In this document: piece by piece, positions 1-12,543 of the stretch
Numbering within the stretch: position 1 is the first letter of the stretch
How the letters are laid out: every line of letters begins with the position of its first letter
From: Pseudovirgaria hyperparasitica
Taxonomy: Eukaryota
Strand: one strand, 5' to 3'
NCBI GenBank assembly: GCA_010093815.1
Contig: ML996589.1
Length of the DNA: 64,000 nucleotides
Notes under the pieces: model-generated
What the model was told of the DNA's origin: nothing
The model's database searches: none
What the model saw: the letters and a program-made list of their open reading frames with translations, nothing else
Translations under genes and position numbers: made by a program

Positions 1-1279
1 CGGATACCTTGCAGAGCTGTGCAAGACCTGCTTGTGTGAAGTGGTCCTGGGCTTGTGGCCACCACTTTGTTCCGGAAAACGGGACCTCTCTCCAGAATCT
101 ATGGCTTATTAGTATGAAGATATCATGGAATTTCATAGTGGTACGTGCTTCTTCAAGCTCAACTCGTCCTGGTGTCGGTTCAAATCGGCCTGTGCAAATA
201 TAAACAAGCAACCAGGACCCCAGATTGAAACGAAGTGGCCCATACGCTTTCCAAAAGCTACGCTTTCATCAATCTTCTCCAGCGTCCTGAGCCGAAACCG
301 AGGATCGTTCGGCCACAGCGACTCCAGGAAGTCAGCAATGGCATCTCGGGTAGCCTTTATCGGCTTCCTTGCGGCGGCACCCTGGCGAGAATTCGACACC
401 GGGAAGAGCTTAAGAAACTCGTGGTATACCAGCCAGCAATAGTAGATACATGCTCGGACATGGACTGTCTGGTCTGTCAAGGAGTCGAGGAAGAAGATGA
501 TTTCGCCAATGTTCGGGCCTACCGACAGCTTTCGAGTTCCTAAATCAAAAAATCGCTCGGGGGAGCCATTACACTTCCGCAGCAAGTTCTCAAGGGCGTC
601 ATTTACTCCAGTCTCTCGCTTTAGTATGGTCCATGGATCATAAGCTGGACGTACAATCGGTGTAAATACCAATGAATTGCGTGACACACCAGAAGGTGAG
701 CGGCCAGCAGAGTCTTCTACTTGCTTTGGCACCCTGCGTGGAGCCGTTGTGTTCTTTGCCATGGAGAATCTTTGGTAAAGGAATTTCAAGTTCTTCTGGA
801 CCACAGCCGGAAGAATGATGTCAGATTCGAAGATCATCCTAACGGCCTGATTGTTGTCAGCCGACCCTCCTATTACGCTGTTCGTAGAGTTGTCTGTAGA
901 ACACTCGTACCTCGTTGTCTGAGAGTAGCCGAATGAACGTCTCAGTGAATGAAGGAGCGTCATACGCGCCACTGTTTGGTTCATGGGCGTCACTCTCTGG
1001 TATGACGTCTTCGCACTCATCGTCGGATGGGCTTACACTTGGAGTTGGCTGTAGAGCAGCAGGTTCCTGCGTTGAAGGCTTTGGCGTTTGAGCTCGCTTT
1101 GGCGGTCGCCCACGCCTCGCTGGTGGAATAGGCTCTTGAGGTACTTGTGACTTTTCTGGCTCTACGGGCTGTGGTAGGGGAACCCTTGCTGGCTGCGAGG
1201 TACCATTAGCGTTAGCACTATTGTCGACACTTCGCTTGTTAATGCGCGTTAACCTAGAATTACCAGCCCGTGGAGGCAT
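1..1279 (-). CDS. Orphan protein with N-terminal Pro-rich region and AT-hook (RRGRPPK) and a helical C-terminal domain; spliced, 3' end runs off the window
   Basis: ATG at 1279 (MPPRAGNSR...). A phase-0 intron at 910..847 (GTACGA...GCTGAC...CAG, 64 nt) joins ORF 857..1402 in frame to ORF 133..1020 (...LSDNE|AVRMIFES...). A second intron ends at 99 (CTAAT...TAG), with the donor at 148 (GCACGT) or 144 (GTACCA); both downstream frames stay open to base 1. Confidence 0.75.
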
Positions 1280-1963
1280 TTTGACCGTCCACACAAATGG
1301 AGGTAGAAAATTCTGCGCAGAAATGGTGTCAAAGGGAGAGAATCTCATTAGGAAAGCGAACGAAAGATAGAAACCGCGCCAAATTTTAAGCAAACAATCC
1401 ATGTGGCATGGGCCAATGATCTACGTTACACAGTTGAAGTAATAATATATATTAAATCCGCCTAAGGAACTAGCAAGCTTACCGGGAGTACACATGCTCT
1501 AAAAAGTTTCAAGAGTTAAGAGGGTTTCTGTAGCGAAGTCTAACATAGAATAACTAATAATATCTTCTATTATTAAGCCGACGAAGGGCCTCTTGGCCGT
1601 ATTAAAGCCCTAGTACTATATATGACAAGGAGGCCAATAACGTGGATTCAGGCGTTAGTCTTAGCTAGATGCAACAGCCATCACATCGAACTTCATGACC
1701 TCTTCATCCTACGAGCTCTACCTTACGCATTTAATAATGCTTTTATAGTAGAGGTCATTGGCTTCTGCCGTTAATTACTATCGTTGCGCCCCCATTGACT
1801 AGACTCTTCTCTCTTACTAGAACTTAAGTATATACATGTATACATATTCTAAGCGTACTTGAATTCGCAAAGGGTTTAATCGAAAGGACTATAATTGGTA
1901 AATCTCGGTTACTCTAGGCTCTGATTATAACAAGGAAAATAATTTGTAACTTCTTGAAGTTTA

Positions 1964-2089
1964 CTATTACTGAAACTCGGAGACTCCGGGCTACGATTTT
2001 TGGAATAGAGTACGGTATAATGCTAGCTATTATCGAAACTCGGAGACTCCGGGCCACGATATTAGACTATAACATAGTATAATACTTAG
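1964..2089. repeat. Two imperfect tandem 63-bp units in a RIP-degraded stretch
   Basis: GAAACTCGGAGACTCCGGGC(T/C)ACGAT recurs at 1972 and 2035, 63 bp apart, with matching flanks (ctatta..., ...gtataat). Confidence 0.7.
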
Positions 2090-3661
2090 ATACTAGACTA
2101 TTAGACCTAGAGAGAGTAAAATAGAAATCCCTAGATTTCTTAAGATATACTTTTAGATATATATTATTGAACTCCGGAGTATAATAGATAGTAATATAGA
2201 ATAGTAGTTACTACTTAATATAATCGATGGCGTTAAACCGCTAGACTTATATAATCTGTTAGCGGTATTATTGGGACTTAACTAAGGTTAGGAGCTAGTA
2301 AACTTATATCTAAACGGGACTATCATAAAACTAAGAAGCTACTATGTCTAGCTCCAAGTACGATTAACATAATATTAGCGCTATCAAGACCTTAGAACAA
2401 ACCACTCATTGCTAAGATTATTGCTAGAATGCTTTGGCTCAAAGATATCTTCTCACAGCGGTGGCGATACTCAGTCCCACAGCATCGATAAAAACGATTT
2501 TTGGCATATAATTATGAATCTTACAGATAAAAACTACCCTGTATAACGGTTCTTCTTTGCTTTTCCATCGAATACCATAATACCATGCGTGCCACCGAAC
2601 AGCAGAATAACATGCGAGTGATACATGCGATGAGTAACCCGTTTATTGCAATGCCCATAAAGTATGCTAAAAGGTCGAACTGTGCGAAGATGTCTAGCCA
2701 CTCTTGATTTTGGAACGCGTTGCGACTCTGTTCGCGTTAAACATACGATCGCGAACAGACACTATTATCGGTAGATAAGGTCTTCCGTGATGCTGGTTAA
2801 AGACCAACTATTTTTTCGAAATTTCCCGAGAACTAATCACCGTTCATGCTGTTTCCCTTTCCGTTACACGGGTAAAACTCCATCCATAGGAGATGAGGAC
2901 TTCCCTAGATTGGTATGTACTTCAAAACGCAAAACTAGCATAGATTTGTGCTACCGCCTCTGATACCTAGTAGTGCAGTCGACACTGCTAAGTGATGTAG
3001 TGCTCTCTATGCTGTTAGGAAGGTGATTAGTGATTATCTCTAATGTGCCACAATCAATGAACAGCACTCCCACGCTTAGCTTTCGTCATAGTCCTTGCTT
3101 CTGGTCCCGAATCTAGAAATCCACTAGTCCAAGTGCGTATGTAAGCAAACAAGTTTTCGCGAAGGGTCCATATCAATCATGCTGTATTCAAGCCCTCGTG
3201 GATCTCGGCATGTGTTAGTATAAGTAATATCAAGCAACCTACCAATTGTGCGTGAGATAGGCACCAAGGTTTGAAAAATATCTAAGTACATATACAAAAG
3301 AAGCGACGAGAGTCCGTATGGGCTTTTGGACGTCAAATGTAGATAAAGAAGAGTACCTAGAATATTACTATGATCTAGTCATCAACCTCTATATAGAATA
3401 AGACTTGGATAGAAACGAAGTGGTGAGGTAATGCTTCTGTTATAGATAGCCATGCTCATACCCTAGTCTAGCGAATACGACTTTGGCCGCAGCCATGGGG
3501 CCACCAGTCATAAGAGCAAGAAGGTGTGCGACTCCAGACACAAAGGAATTGTATAAGAGAAGCCGTGGATAGTAGAAACTATGTTACCAACCTGGCATTC
3601 GTGCCAAGCGGTTCATGTCCATTGAACATCAAAAAGAGTAAGCCGAGCCAAATTGATTTAC

Positions 3662-4342
3662 AGATTCTTCGACTTCGACACTTTCAAATCGACCTCCAAA
3701 ATCGAAGACGATCAGGCGGCGCACTTGAACTTCGTGTGCACAGTCCACAGTGTCGATGAATTTCAAAGGGACAGAAATAATATTATCAGTAAGGAGTAGA
3801 TGAAGCGCGTTAGGGAGGAAGCCGAGAGAGGGCAGTGGAGAAAAAGATCAGGCTGGAGGCAGCTCCTTGAAACTTTGAATGAACGATCAGAGGATGATGA
3901 CCCATTGGAGTCGCTGCCTTGGAAAATAGCCAGGCTTCGGCACCAGCGGGTTACGAGTGATCCTTCGAATTGGGGCCTGTCCTATTAAAGACCGCTCAAG
4001 AAGGATAGAGCGCTAGATGAAGGCGTCCCGAACGTCTCGCTCATCATAACATTAAAATCACTCGTTTTTGAATAGCTAGCAAAGTACGCCGAATATAGGC
4101 AGAATTGTGTACCGATACGGTGTGGAAAAAAAGGAGCTAAAAATGCAAGAACTACAAAAGGTAATGAAGACGATAAATATCATAAGCTCTGTAGTCGATT
4201 AAGTAATTTTAATAATAGCATAGAAGCCGGATCGGTTGTTTACGAGGGCTTCCTTTAGTCAAACCAGACGACCTAGGAAAAGCCTTCTAGGCGTCCATCG
4301 CTCTATTCTCGCCTAAGGCTTCGGGAGCAAGACATTCGCTAA
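3662..4342 (+). pseudogene. RIP-damaged gene relic of unknown family
   Basis: The frame of ORF 3800..3988 reads as protein-like both upstream (RFFDFDTFKSTSKIEDDQAAHLNFVCTVHSVDEFQRDRNNIISKE*) and downstream (*RPLKKDRALDEGVPNVSLIITLKSLVFE*LAKYAEY...). It is broken only by TAA/TAG codons, as expected from CAA/CAG/TGG after RIP. Confidence 0.4.
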
Positions 4343-5561
4343 GTAAGTATCGGCAGAGTTGATTTCGGATTTATTGATAATTTTTATGACCACGTGTTGC
4401 TTCTCCTGTGAATTAAAAAGTGATTCGTGCGGCAAATACGATCATGTTTGGCATAGATGGATGTGAACTTGGAGCAGGGCATCTGAAAACCCTGGGAGAG
4501 TCTGTGACACTTAGGATTCCACAAGCATGGTTGACATGCGCAATCGACACTCAAGTTTGGGGATGTGTGTTCGCCAACGCTGTGAAACTTTGATTTCAGT
4601 GCACTGGGTGAATGAAAGTGCCGGATAGGTGGATAGTTACAAACCATGATCTCTCTTCCCATGAATGTAAGCAGTAACAAGCCCTAGCCCGAACATTATT
4701 TACTAAGCAAATCGGTAAGCTAAATAGCATTGTTCTTCTCCACTTCACCGGGTCGGTGCAGGGGCTGACATTGACCTATAGTTTAGCCCGACTGTGTTAA
4801 AAGCTACGTAGCTATAGCGCAGCATAAGCCAATACTAACAGGTTTTTTCCCTTCCAAGCCTTGCATACATATGGTGCATTATCTAATTTAGGGCTTTGTA
4901 CACTGGTGTAAGCGTACTTGTCCTTTCAATCATCTCGTCTTTAGATGAAAGACTGCGTTTACAGACAATAGAATGGCTGTATGGATACGAGAACCTTATT
5001 TGTAAAGACGGACCTCCCCCTAGTCCATAGAGAATGACCTAACAAATGATTCTAAAGTTGCTAGCTGCGCGTTCCTAGTACTAGTATTACATCATAGGGG
5101 TATAGATAGATAAGAGTATTCATTAATGTATTTACAAGCTAGCTAAGCCTAGTAAAGTTTGCGTAGAACACATCCTTAATTAACTAGACACTGGTCTTCT
5201 GTACACTCCAGGCCACAAGGTTGTGCTAGCTGTATACATATCTCTGATGAGGTATCATCTTAGCCCATCTTTGTTCGCATAGTAAGCGTCTATGCTATCC
5301 TACACAATGAATAGGCCAAATCCACGTTAGACCTACCATCTTTTAGCCACTGTTGTGACTGCTCCAAGATTGTCATTTGGATGTTACAAACAAGCAACTT
5401 ACACCGCCTACTCTCCTGTGTCGGGAGAAAAACATCATGTTTTGCTAATACTGTTTGTGCCGGGCGCTACGAAGCCTTTTGTCTTGAGGCACGGCACTCA
5501 TGGCTTTCTCAGGGCATGCAGTATGGTTGGTACGTATAAATAGAGCACATTCGGCAGCAAA

Positions 5562-5602
5562 TGCTCAGATTCTGCTCAGGTTCTGCTCAGATTCTGCTCA
5601 GA
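5562..5602 (+). repeat. 11-bp tandem repeat (TGCTCAGATTC, ~3.5 copies) upstream of the gene at 5683, after a TATA-like TATAAATA at ~5536
   Basis: The sequence tgctcagattc tgctcaggttc tgctcagattc tgctcaga is read directly. Confidence 0.75.
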
Positions 5603-5682
5603 CTCACCTGCTCCATCGCTCAGATCCTGCAGCTTCCTCAAATTTGTAAGTGTCAGAGTATTCTGCTGTGACTAGTAACGGA

Positions 5683-6686
5683 ATGCCTGTACCTGGCTAT
5701 TTCCCACGAACTCCCTCACCATCACCGGCAAGCGGAAGTCGCTCGTATCGCCTTTTCCGTACGCTTGTGCCCGCGCCAGAAGAAGCAATGATGAATATCG
5801 CGAGTCCATCCGAGAGCAGCTCAAGCTCGCCGACCCCGGAGCAGCACGACTTTGTTGACTCCGTCTCTGAGTTGCACCTGTCAGCACTGCACGTCGACGA
5901 AGACAACAGAAGGTCGACCCGCCAGGCATCCCTTGGACCCAGCGACAGCGCTTCGTATGTGACGGCACGAGACTTCAACACAGTTTATGCACCACCAGAA
6001 GATCAAGATGGCGAGAAGCATGGTCTCAACGCTTCCGGCATAGAGTCGATGACTTTGCCGGGAGGTATCACTGTCAATGTGACATACGGCAGGCATGCAG
6101 CTTCACTCAAGGTATGTTTGACGGAACCTGGTGCGCATTGTTAGAATATTCTACTAAATTCACCTCATAGCATTCTCGTGTTTCCGACAGCGACATGGAC
6201 CACGTGCTTGGCGAAGAAAACGGAGATGACAATAGCTCTGGCGACGACATCAGCACTTCACGACCCTCTCCGAGCCCATACAAGCGTGCACGTCCGTCGA
6301 ACAAAACCCAAGGCGGCACACGTACAGCGGCAGCAGGACGTGCATCTGGCGCCCGCCGTCGACTGCCCGACTCCAGCATCTCAACTCACATGCGCGGTAT
6401 GACAGCGGCGAATACATTGAGAATTGCACAAGAAGCCCAACGCCGCAGGATCATGCGCGAGGCAGAGGAGGCGCACCTAGGACAGCTTCGGGACAAGGCT
6501 ATGGCGATTGAGCTGTTTGACACAAGTCTGAGGGCCGCGGTGGTGAGCTTGTATCGCAAGGCGGCAGCGGATTGCCCAGAGCTTGCGGGCCTCAGTAGGT
6601 TGTATCAGGAGCTTGTGCAGGGTCTGGGAGATGAAGGGTTAATGAGGGAGCTAAGTGCGGTCGGGGTGTGGAAGGCTAGGTTTTAG
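5683..6686 (+). CDS. Orphan protein, 314 aa, join(5683..6111,6171..6686); Ser/Pro-rich disordered N-half and helical/coiled-coil C-terminus
   Basis: A phase-0 intron at 6112..6170 (GTATGT...CTAAA...CATAG, 59 nt) joins ORF 5650..6144 to ORF 6195..6686 in frame (...ASLK|HSRVSDSDMDHVL...). Composition is GC-balanced with no RIP stops. Confidence 0.75.
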
Positions 6687-7631
6687 ATGGTCGGTGTTGA
6701 TGTCGTCGTTGTCATCTAAGAGTAGTGGAATGGATCAGGTGACTGTAGCGAACTCAGCATGTCTACTTTGATGCAACTCTTCCATCCATTCTATTCGTCG
6801 ATGTCCTAATCCCTGGTACTAAGTTTCTCTCCTTCTTTTTCCCATTCGGGTCTCTTCCACATCATCCGTGGCCCTCTAAGATGTTATTCCTGTAGGCTCC
6901 ATGACTTACGGCCACCGCCATGCCATGTAAGGTGGTAAAGAGGGCTGAACAATCGCGCCGCCAGATCCAGATCCGGATCCAGGCCAGGGTTAGGGCCATG
7001 GTCAAACATCACACAGACCGCATGGATTCGTCGTTTGCCTAGAACCTGCTGCAACACGCCATCGATGCTGTGTGATTGCCGATGCTATATTTATCGCGAC
7101 AAGCTATGTTATCGTTGACCGTCTGAATCAGTGACATACGAATGACTTCCTGCTGAGTGGTCCGGAGGTGGGTCCGACAGCTCCACACACGCAGCGGCCC
7201 GCAGGTCCTGGCAGCTTTTGATTAAAATGATGTATTTCTTCTTAGTCTCTCACAGATGAATTAGCGGCATGCGGATGCGTCCATCTTCCCGACAGTATAT
7301 TGTGCCGTATGGAAGCCAAGTCACAAGCCTTGCGCAACATCATGCCGCCGTCCACGCTCGCTCGCTCGACGCGACGCAGGACCAGATACAAGACCATCGC
7401 AATCAAGTTTGGTTGCTATGCGTCTGCCGTCATCCGGCGTCCATGATGCAAGCCTTCTCTGTCTTCTCCTGTTTTTGTTGTTGTTGCCGCCGCTGTACTA
7501 TATTTACCCCAAAGCGGCGCCCGTCTTCCATTCCGCAAGGCCAAACAAAAATCAAAGGAAGCTGCTGCGCTTTCCTCACGGCAGCACATATCCCACCTGT
7601 TTTCCCTTACTTTGTTCCCTTCGCGATAGCC

Positions 7632-8430
7632 ATGGGTACCACATCTACACCCTTAGTCCAGCGTCCAGAGGGTAATGGCTATGTCACACCTGCCAGCGTT
7701 GGTGAGCGACTTCTCCCCTGATCCGTCGACAGCCGTCTAACCCCTATCAGTTCTGGAATCCGAGACAGACGCGGTGAAAGATACAGCCATCACCACGATC
7801 GCGCAGCTAGTGATGCGTCTAGACGAGCAGGACCAGGCCCTTGAGATGGTGTCGAAGCGGCTCGACAAAGTCGAAGAGCGAGAGAATAGCTCTAACAACA
7901 AACGGCAAAGGCCGTCACCCGAGAGCTCATCCAATCGATCGAAACGTCAGGCCTTGCCCGTGGATGGACTTGTGCCTGCGAAGAAGGGGTCACTGTATAC
8001 GCCTCCAGTTGCAAAACTGCTCTCTATTCCGAAAGGAAAACGCATGGAACAGCTAAAGTGGACGCCCAGTGCATTCTCCTATCCGGATGCGCATGGCTGG
8101 ATCTACTGCGCCTACCCACCCAACCTGATCCGCGTTCAAGATCTTGAGCGCAAGACAGTATCCGACTACGTCATGGCGATGGCCAAATACGTCGGTGAAC
8201 CCCAGTCACACCGGGCTGGCGAAGTGCGTAGAGTCGACTGGCGAATCGTTAAAGAGGAGCTGAGTTACATGCGGCCCGAGGTCTCGAAGAGGGCTCGGCT
8301 GGTTAAGAGAGACGGAGGAGGTGGAATGCCACCACGGACGGACAAGGAGACAATGGTGGAGATCATCGATGATGTGAGCGAGCAGAACGTTGCGCTGGCA
8401 CTTGGGATCGACTATTCAAAAGGAACCTAA
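7632..8430 (+). CDS. Orphan protein, 249 aa, join(7632..7701,7751..8430); N-terminal coiled coil followed by basic NLS-like motifs (KRQRP, RSKRQ)
   Basis: ATG at 7632. A phase-1 intron at 7702..7750 (GTGAGC...CTAAC...CAG, 49 nt) puts exon 1 in frame with ORF 7774..8430. Confidence 0.78.
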
Positions 8431-9960
8431 ACCGTTGGAAGAGCAAGAAGGCATTCTACTTCTATGACATGAGTATCAAGGTAGCGGAGGAGGCACTGGA
8501 GAGGAGTAGAGGGTGGTATTGCTACGCTTTGTAATGTATTCTTAGTGCCAGAGTTCAGATTCCAATAAATGATTCATCCCTTAATGTCTACCCTGGTCGA
8601 CCGTACGCAAATCGTCACCAGCACGCAGCATTATCCAAATATGACCTTGTATTCCCACCCATCTTGCCCACCTAACCAAGCCTAGACAAATCCACAACTC
8701 ATAGCGCTACCCATGTTTCGACGAACAAAGAGCTTGTGGTAGAGAGGAAGGACGATATGTGCATACGTTTGTGGAACATTGAGGCTGTAGACGTTATTCA
8801 TTGATTGAATTAGTTGTGTATGTATATAGAGAGAGAGATAGTCTCTCATAAACCATTTAATGTGGTAACTACTAGTCCTAACCCGGCAGTTATAATCACT
8901 GAGTAACTTCCTTCAATACTCCCCTATACTATAAACATATATATACAAGGTGATGGAAGCGGCACAAGAATTGGCTGAATAACGCAAACCTTCTTCGGGA
9001 AAATGTAGGTCCCTAGCTTAAACTGCAGGCGTAACCAGAGCTTGTGAGTTTCTTACTTGAGTTCCGGGTTTGTTTTTGCACTCTTGTGGCTCAAACCGCT
9101 TCTTGCCGATTCCAAATCCTCATCAAGCGGAACAAAAGGTGCCAGCGTCACGGTATATCTGCTATGAAGGGTCAATAGAAGGAAATACGAGCGAAGTATA
9201 AGCTGAGTAAGAGTACCAACGAGCAGGGGGATCAAAAAGGTCTAACAATGGCGCCTAAGTGATTCGTTCAAGTAGCACTACGGCTGCCGGTCATGGATGC
9301 AAGTTGCTCTTGTTCGCCAAGTATGTGCACAAGAACATGCAGGACGACCTCGGTTTAAAGAGAGCAATTGAGTTCCCCAAAGACAGGTGATAGGAGTGTG
9401 AGCTAGCAAGGAAAGCGCCCTAGGTGAGACTGCGAATGACGAGATCTCAGTGCAAGTGGCGAGCTCTATCAGATACTTCAATGTCCATTGCCCGGTTAGC
9501 CTGCAGCCCCTTGCGTCCAAAGCGTGCTCTCCAAAACAGACGAACGTCACCTTTCTATCTCTCCTCAGCTACCTTGTGCTTATTATTCAGGGCAATGAAT
9601 CTCACGAACCATTCCTTTCATGGTGAGTCAGCGCAGGGTTCAATTCCGATAGATCAGTCAATCTATAGCTTTACGCACGAGCCACGTGTCTGAAAGGCAG
9701 CATCTTCGATTCCAATGCACAGCCAGCTCCAAGCGCCCCTTAGAGAGACCTTAAGCCGCTTGCAAAGCGCTTCCTTGTCTGAAGGTCAGCACAAGTGCAA
9801 CCATATTCCACTTAGTTCTTGACTCTTGCTAGTGCTGGCCGATCTTGCACAACAGTCGTCGCGCGTACTTGCTTAGAATCATCTCGGCGAAGAAAGCTTT
9901 CCTGAAGCTTGCTTTAATACTCCCTATCATGCATCTACAGGCCCTAATTCACCCTATATC

Positions 9961-10790
9961 ATGACACTACTCAGTACCAAAGAAGATAGCATCGAACTAG
10001 TGAGCTTTATCGAGACTAAGGCTCCAGATTTCACGATCTTATTACATCGATAACAAACCCCTGCTAGCCGCAAATCAACAATTCACGATAGTACTTACTA
10101 TACTTCGCGGAGTAAACCAATAGGAACCCTCGTGGGTTTGGGAAAGTTGTTGGTACTATAAAAAAGCACGGCCCGATGGACACAAGTGGATGTGGATTGA
10201 TAGCTACTATGTTAATCTCATAAGTTCCACTGAGCTACAGGAGTCCCTCAATTCGATGTGGAATTACTATTCACGTGGTAACATATGCTGAGCATTCTTG
10301 GCTGATGTGCAGGACATGTTAGCAGGCGGCAAGAAATTTACGGACAGTGAATGGTAATATAGAGGACAGACATTACAAGACCTAGGTGCGGCAAGAAGCG
10401 TCGAGTTTTATAATTGCGATTGGAAATATAACGAAACTCGATACGAACGAGCTATGTAAATATCGTTCATTACAGCCATTAGCGAGGATGTGCTAACACG
10501 GCATACGTGTATGAATAATGCATGTGCAGCTAAAAAGCTTTCCTAGGCGGTACATCGGCAAGTCCTTCGAGAGGAAAATTAAAAGAATTTACTTTTGGGT
10601 CTCTTTCAAGTATACATGACGCTTCACTATGGGGAAGGCCAATAGAAAGCATTCTCTCGTCTGCAGGAAGTACTTTACGCTTCCATAGGAGATGAGACTA
10701 TCCTTTCATTTCGTCGGAGTCTTCTTGGAGGCAAGTAACCTCTACTAGCCTATTTTCCTAACAGACTTTGCTCCCGTGCCTCCTATGGTA
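9961..10790 (+). pseudogene. HET-domain (HET-E N-terminal type, heterokaryon incompatibility family) pseudogene
   Basis: Manual translation gives MTLLSTKEDSIELVSFIETKAPDFTILLHR*. After frameshifts it continues KKARPDGHKWMWIDSYYVNLISSTELQESLNSMWNYYSRGNIC*AFLADV...FTDSEW*YRGQTLQDL...VEFYNCDW...KLS*AVHRQVLREEN...LLGLFQVYMTLHYGEGQ*KAFSRLQE. This follows the family motifs YAILSHxW, WIDTCCI, SSAELSEAINSM, SRWFxRGWTLQEL, SWAAxR and LLGLFxVxMPLLYGEG in order. Confidence 0.9.
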
Positions 10791-12203
10791 AATGTAAGGT
10801 CTTTAACTATAATTAGCTAACCTATAGTGCTATTCTCGTATACGAAACCGTACCTCTTAACAATTGAAGATTTAAGGTTTCTCGATGCCTCGAGATACTA
10901 GCCCTCTGCATTCCTCTAAAGAAGGGTGCCGGTAATATATCTCAACGAGTGCGATGTCTTCTTCTTAAGGGAACGGGAATTTAGCTTACGTCTTATAGAA
11001 GAAGAGTCTTAATCATCTACGACGAGATGCAACTAGAAGAAAGTACAACAATAGGCACAAGTTTCGAGGCTTCTAATGGAATTCAAGTAATAAGACAGAC
11101 AACAGCTAATTCGATAGACCACCGGATTGCCACCACAGACGCTCGAATTACACTAGTAACAAATAAATCCAAGGAGGTAGCTTAGGAAGTGCCTTTTGTT
11201 GCTAGCCCACCCTCTTTGCAAGGATATTATATTTCACTTGTCGTAGCGTGGCTCGTGGATGATTGGTCCATACGAAAGATCGCATAGACGAATAGAGGGA
11301 GGGAACAGCCAGAGCCATATATAAGTAAGATATCGCTCGTTTATACCAAGTCTTAGAAAGTTAGCAAGCGTGGAGCCTAGGTGGCGGTGTTACTTACGAC
11401 TTGTGGTACAATTCAACCTTGACAAATTAATTATATGTGGTGTTTCTATTAGAACTTCCTCAACTAAGTATCGATATAGATAGTACGCCTTCGTATTACG
11501 TGCTATCTACTTAGAACATTTAAGGGTGCGTCTATTATAATTAGTATATTATAGAGCGAGTTTAGAAAGGGAAGACTTATACGTTAAGTTTATAACCTAG
11601 TAAAGGTTACGACGTAAAATCTACGTTTATAACACGCTTAAGCTCTAAGTTTTATTACAAGTAGAAAGTAGACGTAATTAAGGTCATTAAATATATTCTA
11701 TAATTATATATAGAGAACTAAGTTCTAGGAGATAGAGTCGAAGCTATTTAACCGTTTAGATACTAGTCCCGTTTAGAAAGTAGTATCTCTTACTTAAAGT
11801 ACCTTCCGATAACACTCCCCTATACTAAGTATATATATATACTTAGTACTATTAGAATAAAGGAAAGCTTAAAGTAAGTAATAGTAAGAGATAGTACTAA
11901 AAGAATAAAGGAAAGAGAGATATAAGAGAAATAACTAAGAGAGAAACAGCTATAAGTAAGATAACTCTACTATAAACTAATTATCATCTTTATTTAATTT
12001 AGTAGTAGTAAGGGTAGTTCTTTTATTCCTATATTAGTAATATTATTATAACTTATAATATACTATATAGATATAACTCTATTAGTAAATAATTCTTAAA
12101 CCGCGTAATAGTATATTATAATATATTTAGACTATACTATAATTTACTAGTTTCGGATAAGGGCTATAATAGCTTAATTATCTATAAGAAGATAAGGAAC
12201 TAG

Positions 12204-12542
12204 TATAAGAATAGGGTTATTAGATAGTAGTATAGTTAGATAAAATAATAGGGTATATTCTATTATAGAATAAATTACTACTAAACCCTTTTAATAGAAA
12301 TCTAAGAGTATATATATAAAGAGACGCTAATCTATCTAGTATATAACTATTTACTGCCCTTTATACTACCTTCTAACTCTATTAGCTAAGGTATATATAG
12401 ATTAGATTATACCTAAGACTAAGTTCTAATAATTATCCCCTTCCTTTAGAAAGCTACCCTTAGTAACCTAGATTATTATCTATCTCTATATCTCTATCCT
12501 AAATCTTATAAGACCTTAGTTATTCTCTATACTTTATCTTAG
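12204..12542 (-). mobile_element. Gypsy G2 3' LTR (12204..12431, 228 bp) plus PPT and internal 3' sequence, interrupted by LINE A1
   Basis: Colinear with 47805..48143. Termini are T(G/A)TAAGAA...TTCTAA(C/T)A, and the adjacent pyrimidine tract (ccccttccttt) is a minus-strand PPT. Confidence 0.7.
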
Positions 12543-12543
12543 G

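Noticed and set aside
2728..2759. 10-bp stem TCTGTTCGCG...CGCGAACAGA
   Set aside because: A single isolated hairpin with no supporting context.
6960..6995. CCAGAT-like hexamer run and AGGGTTAGGG as telomeric relic
   Set aside because: Fewer than two full telomere units; expected by chance or as a promoter motif.
7269..7721. ORF 7269..7721 (150 aa) and 7409..7675 as separate genes
   Set aside because: Only the last part, from ATG 7632, is supported as exon 1 of the spliced gene. The rest looks like promoter/5' UTR with pyrimidine tracts.
9053..9900. Short ORFs and a possible minus-strand gene relic head-to-head with the HET pseudogene
   Set aside because: An acceptor-like GCTGAC...CAG is present, but I could not build a consistent frame or recognise a motif.
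11460..12203. AT-rich stretch before the first LTR as a further TE
   Set aside because: Clearly RIP-like, but it has no second copy in the window and no recognisable motif.
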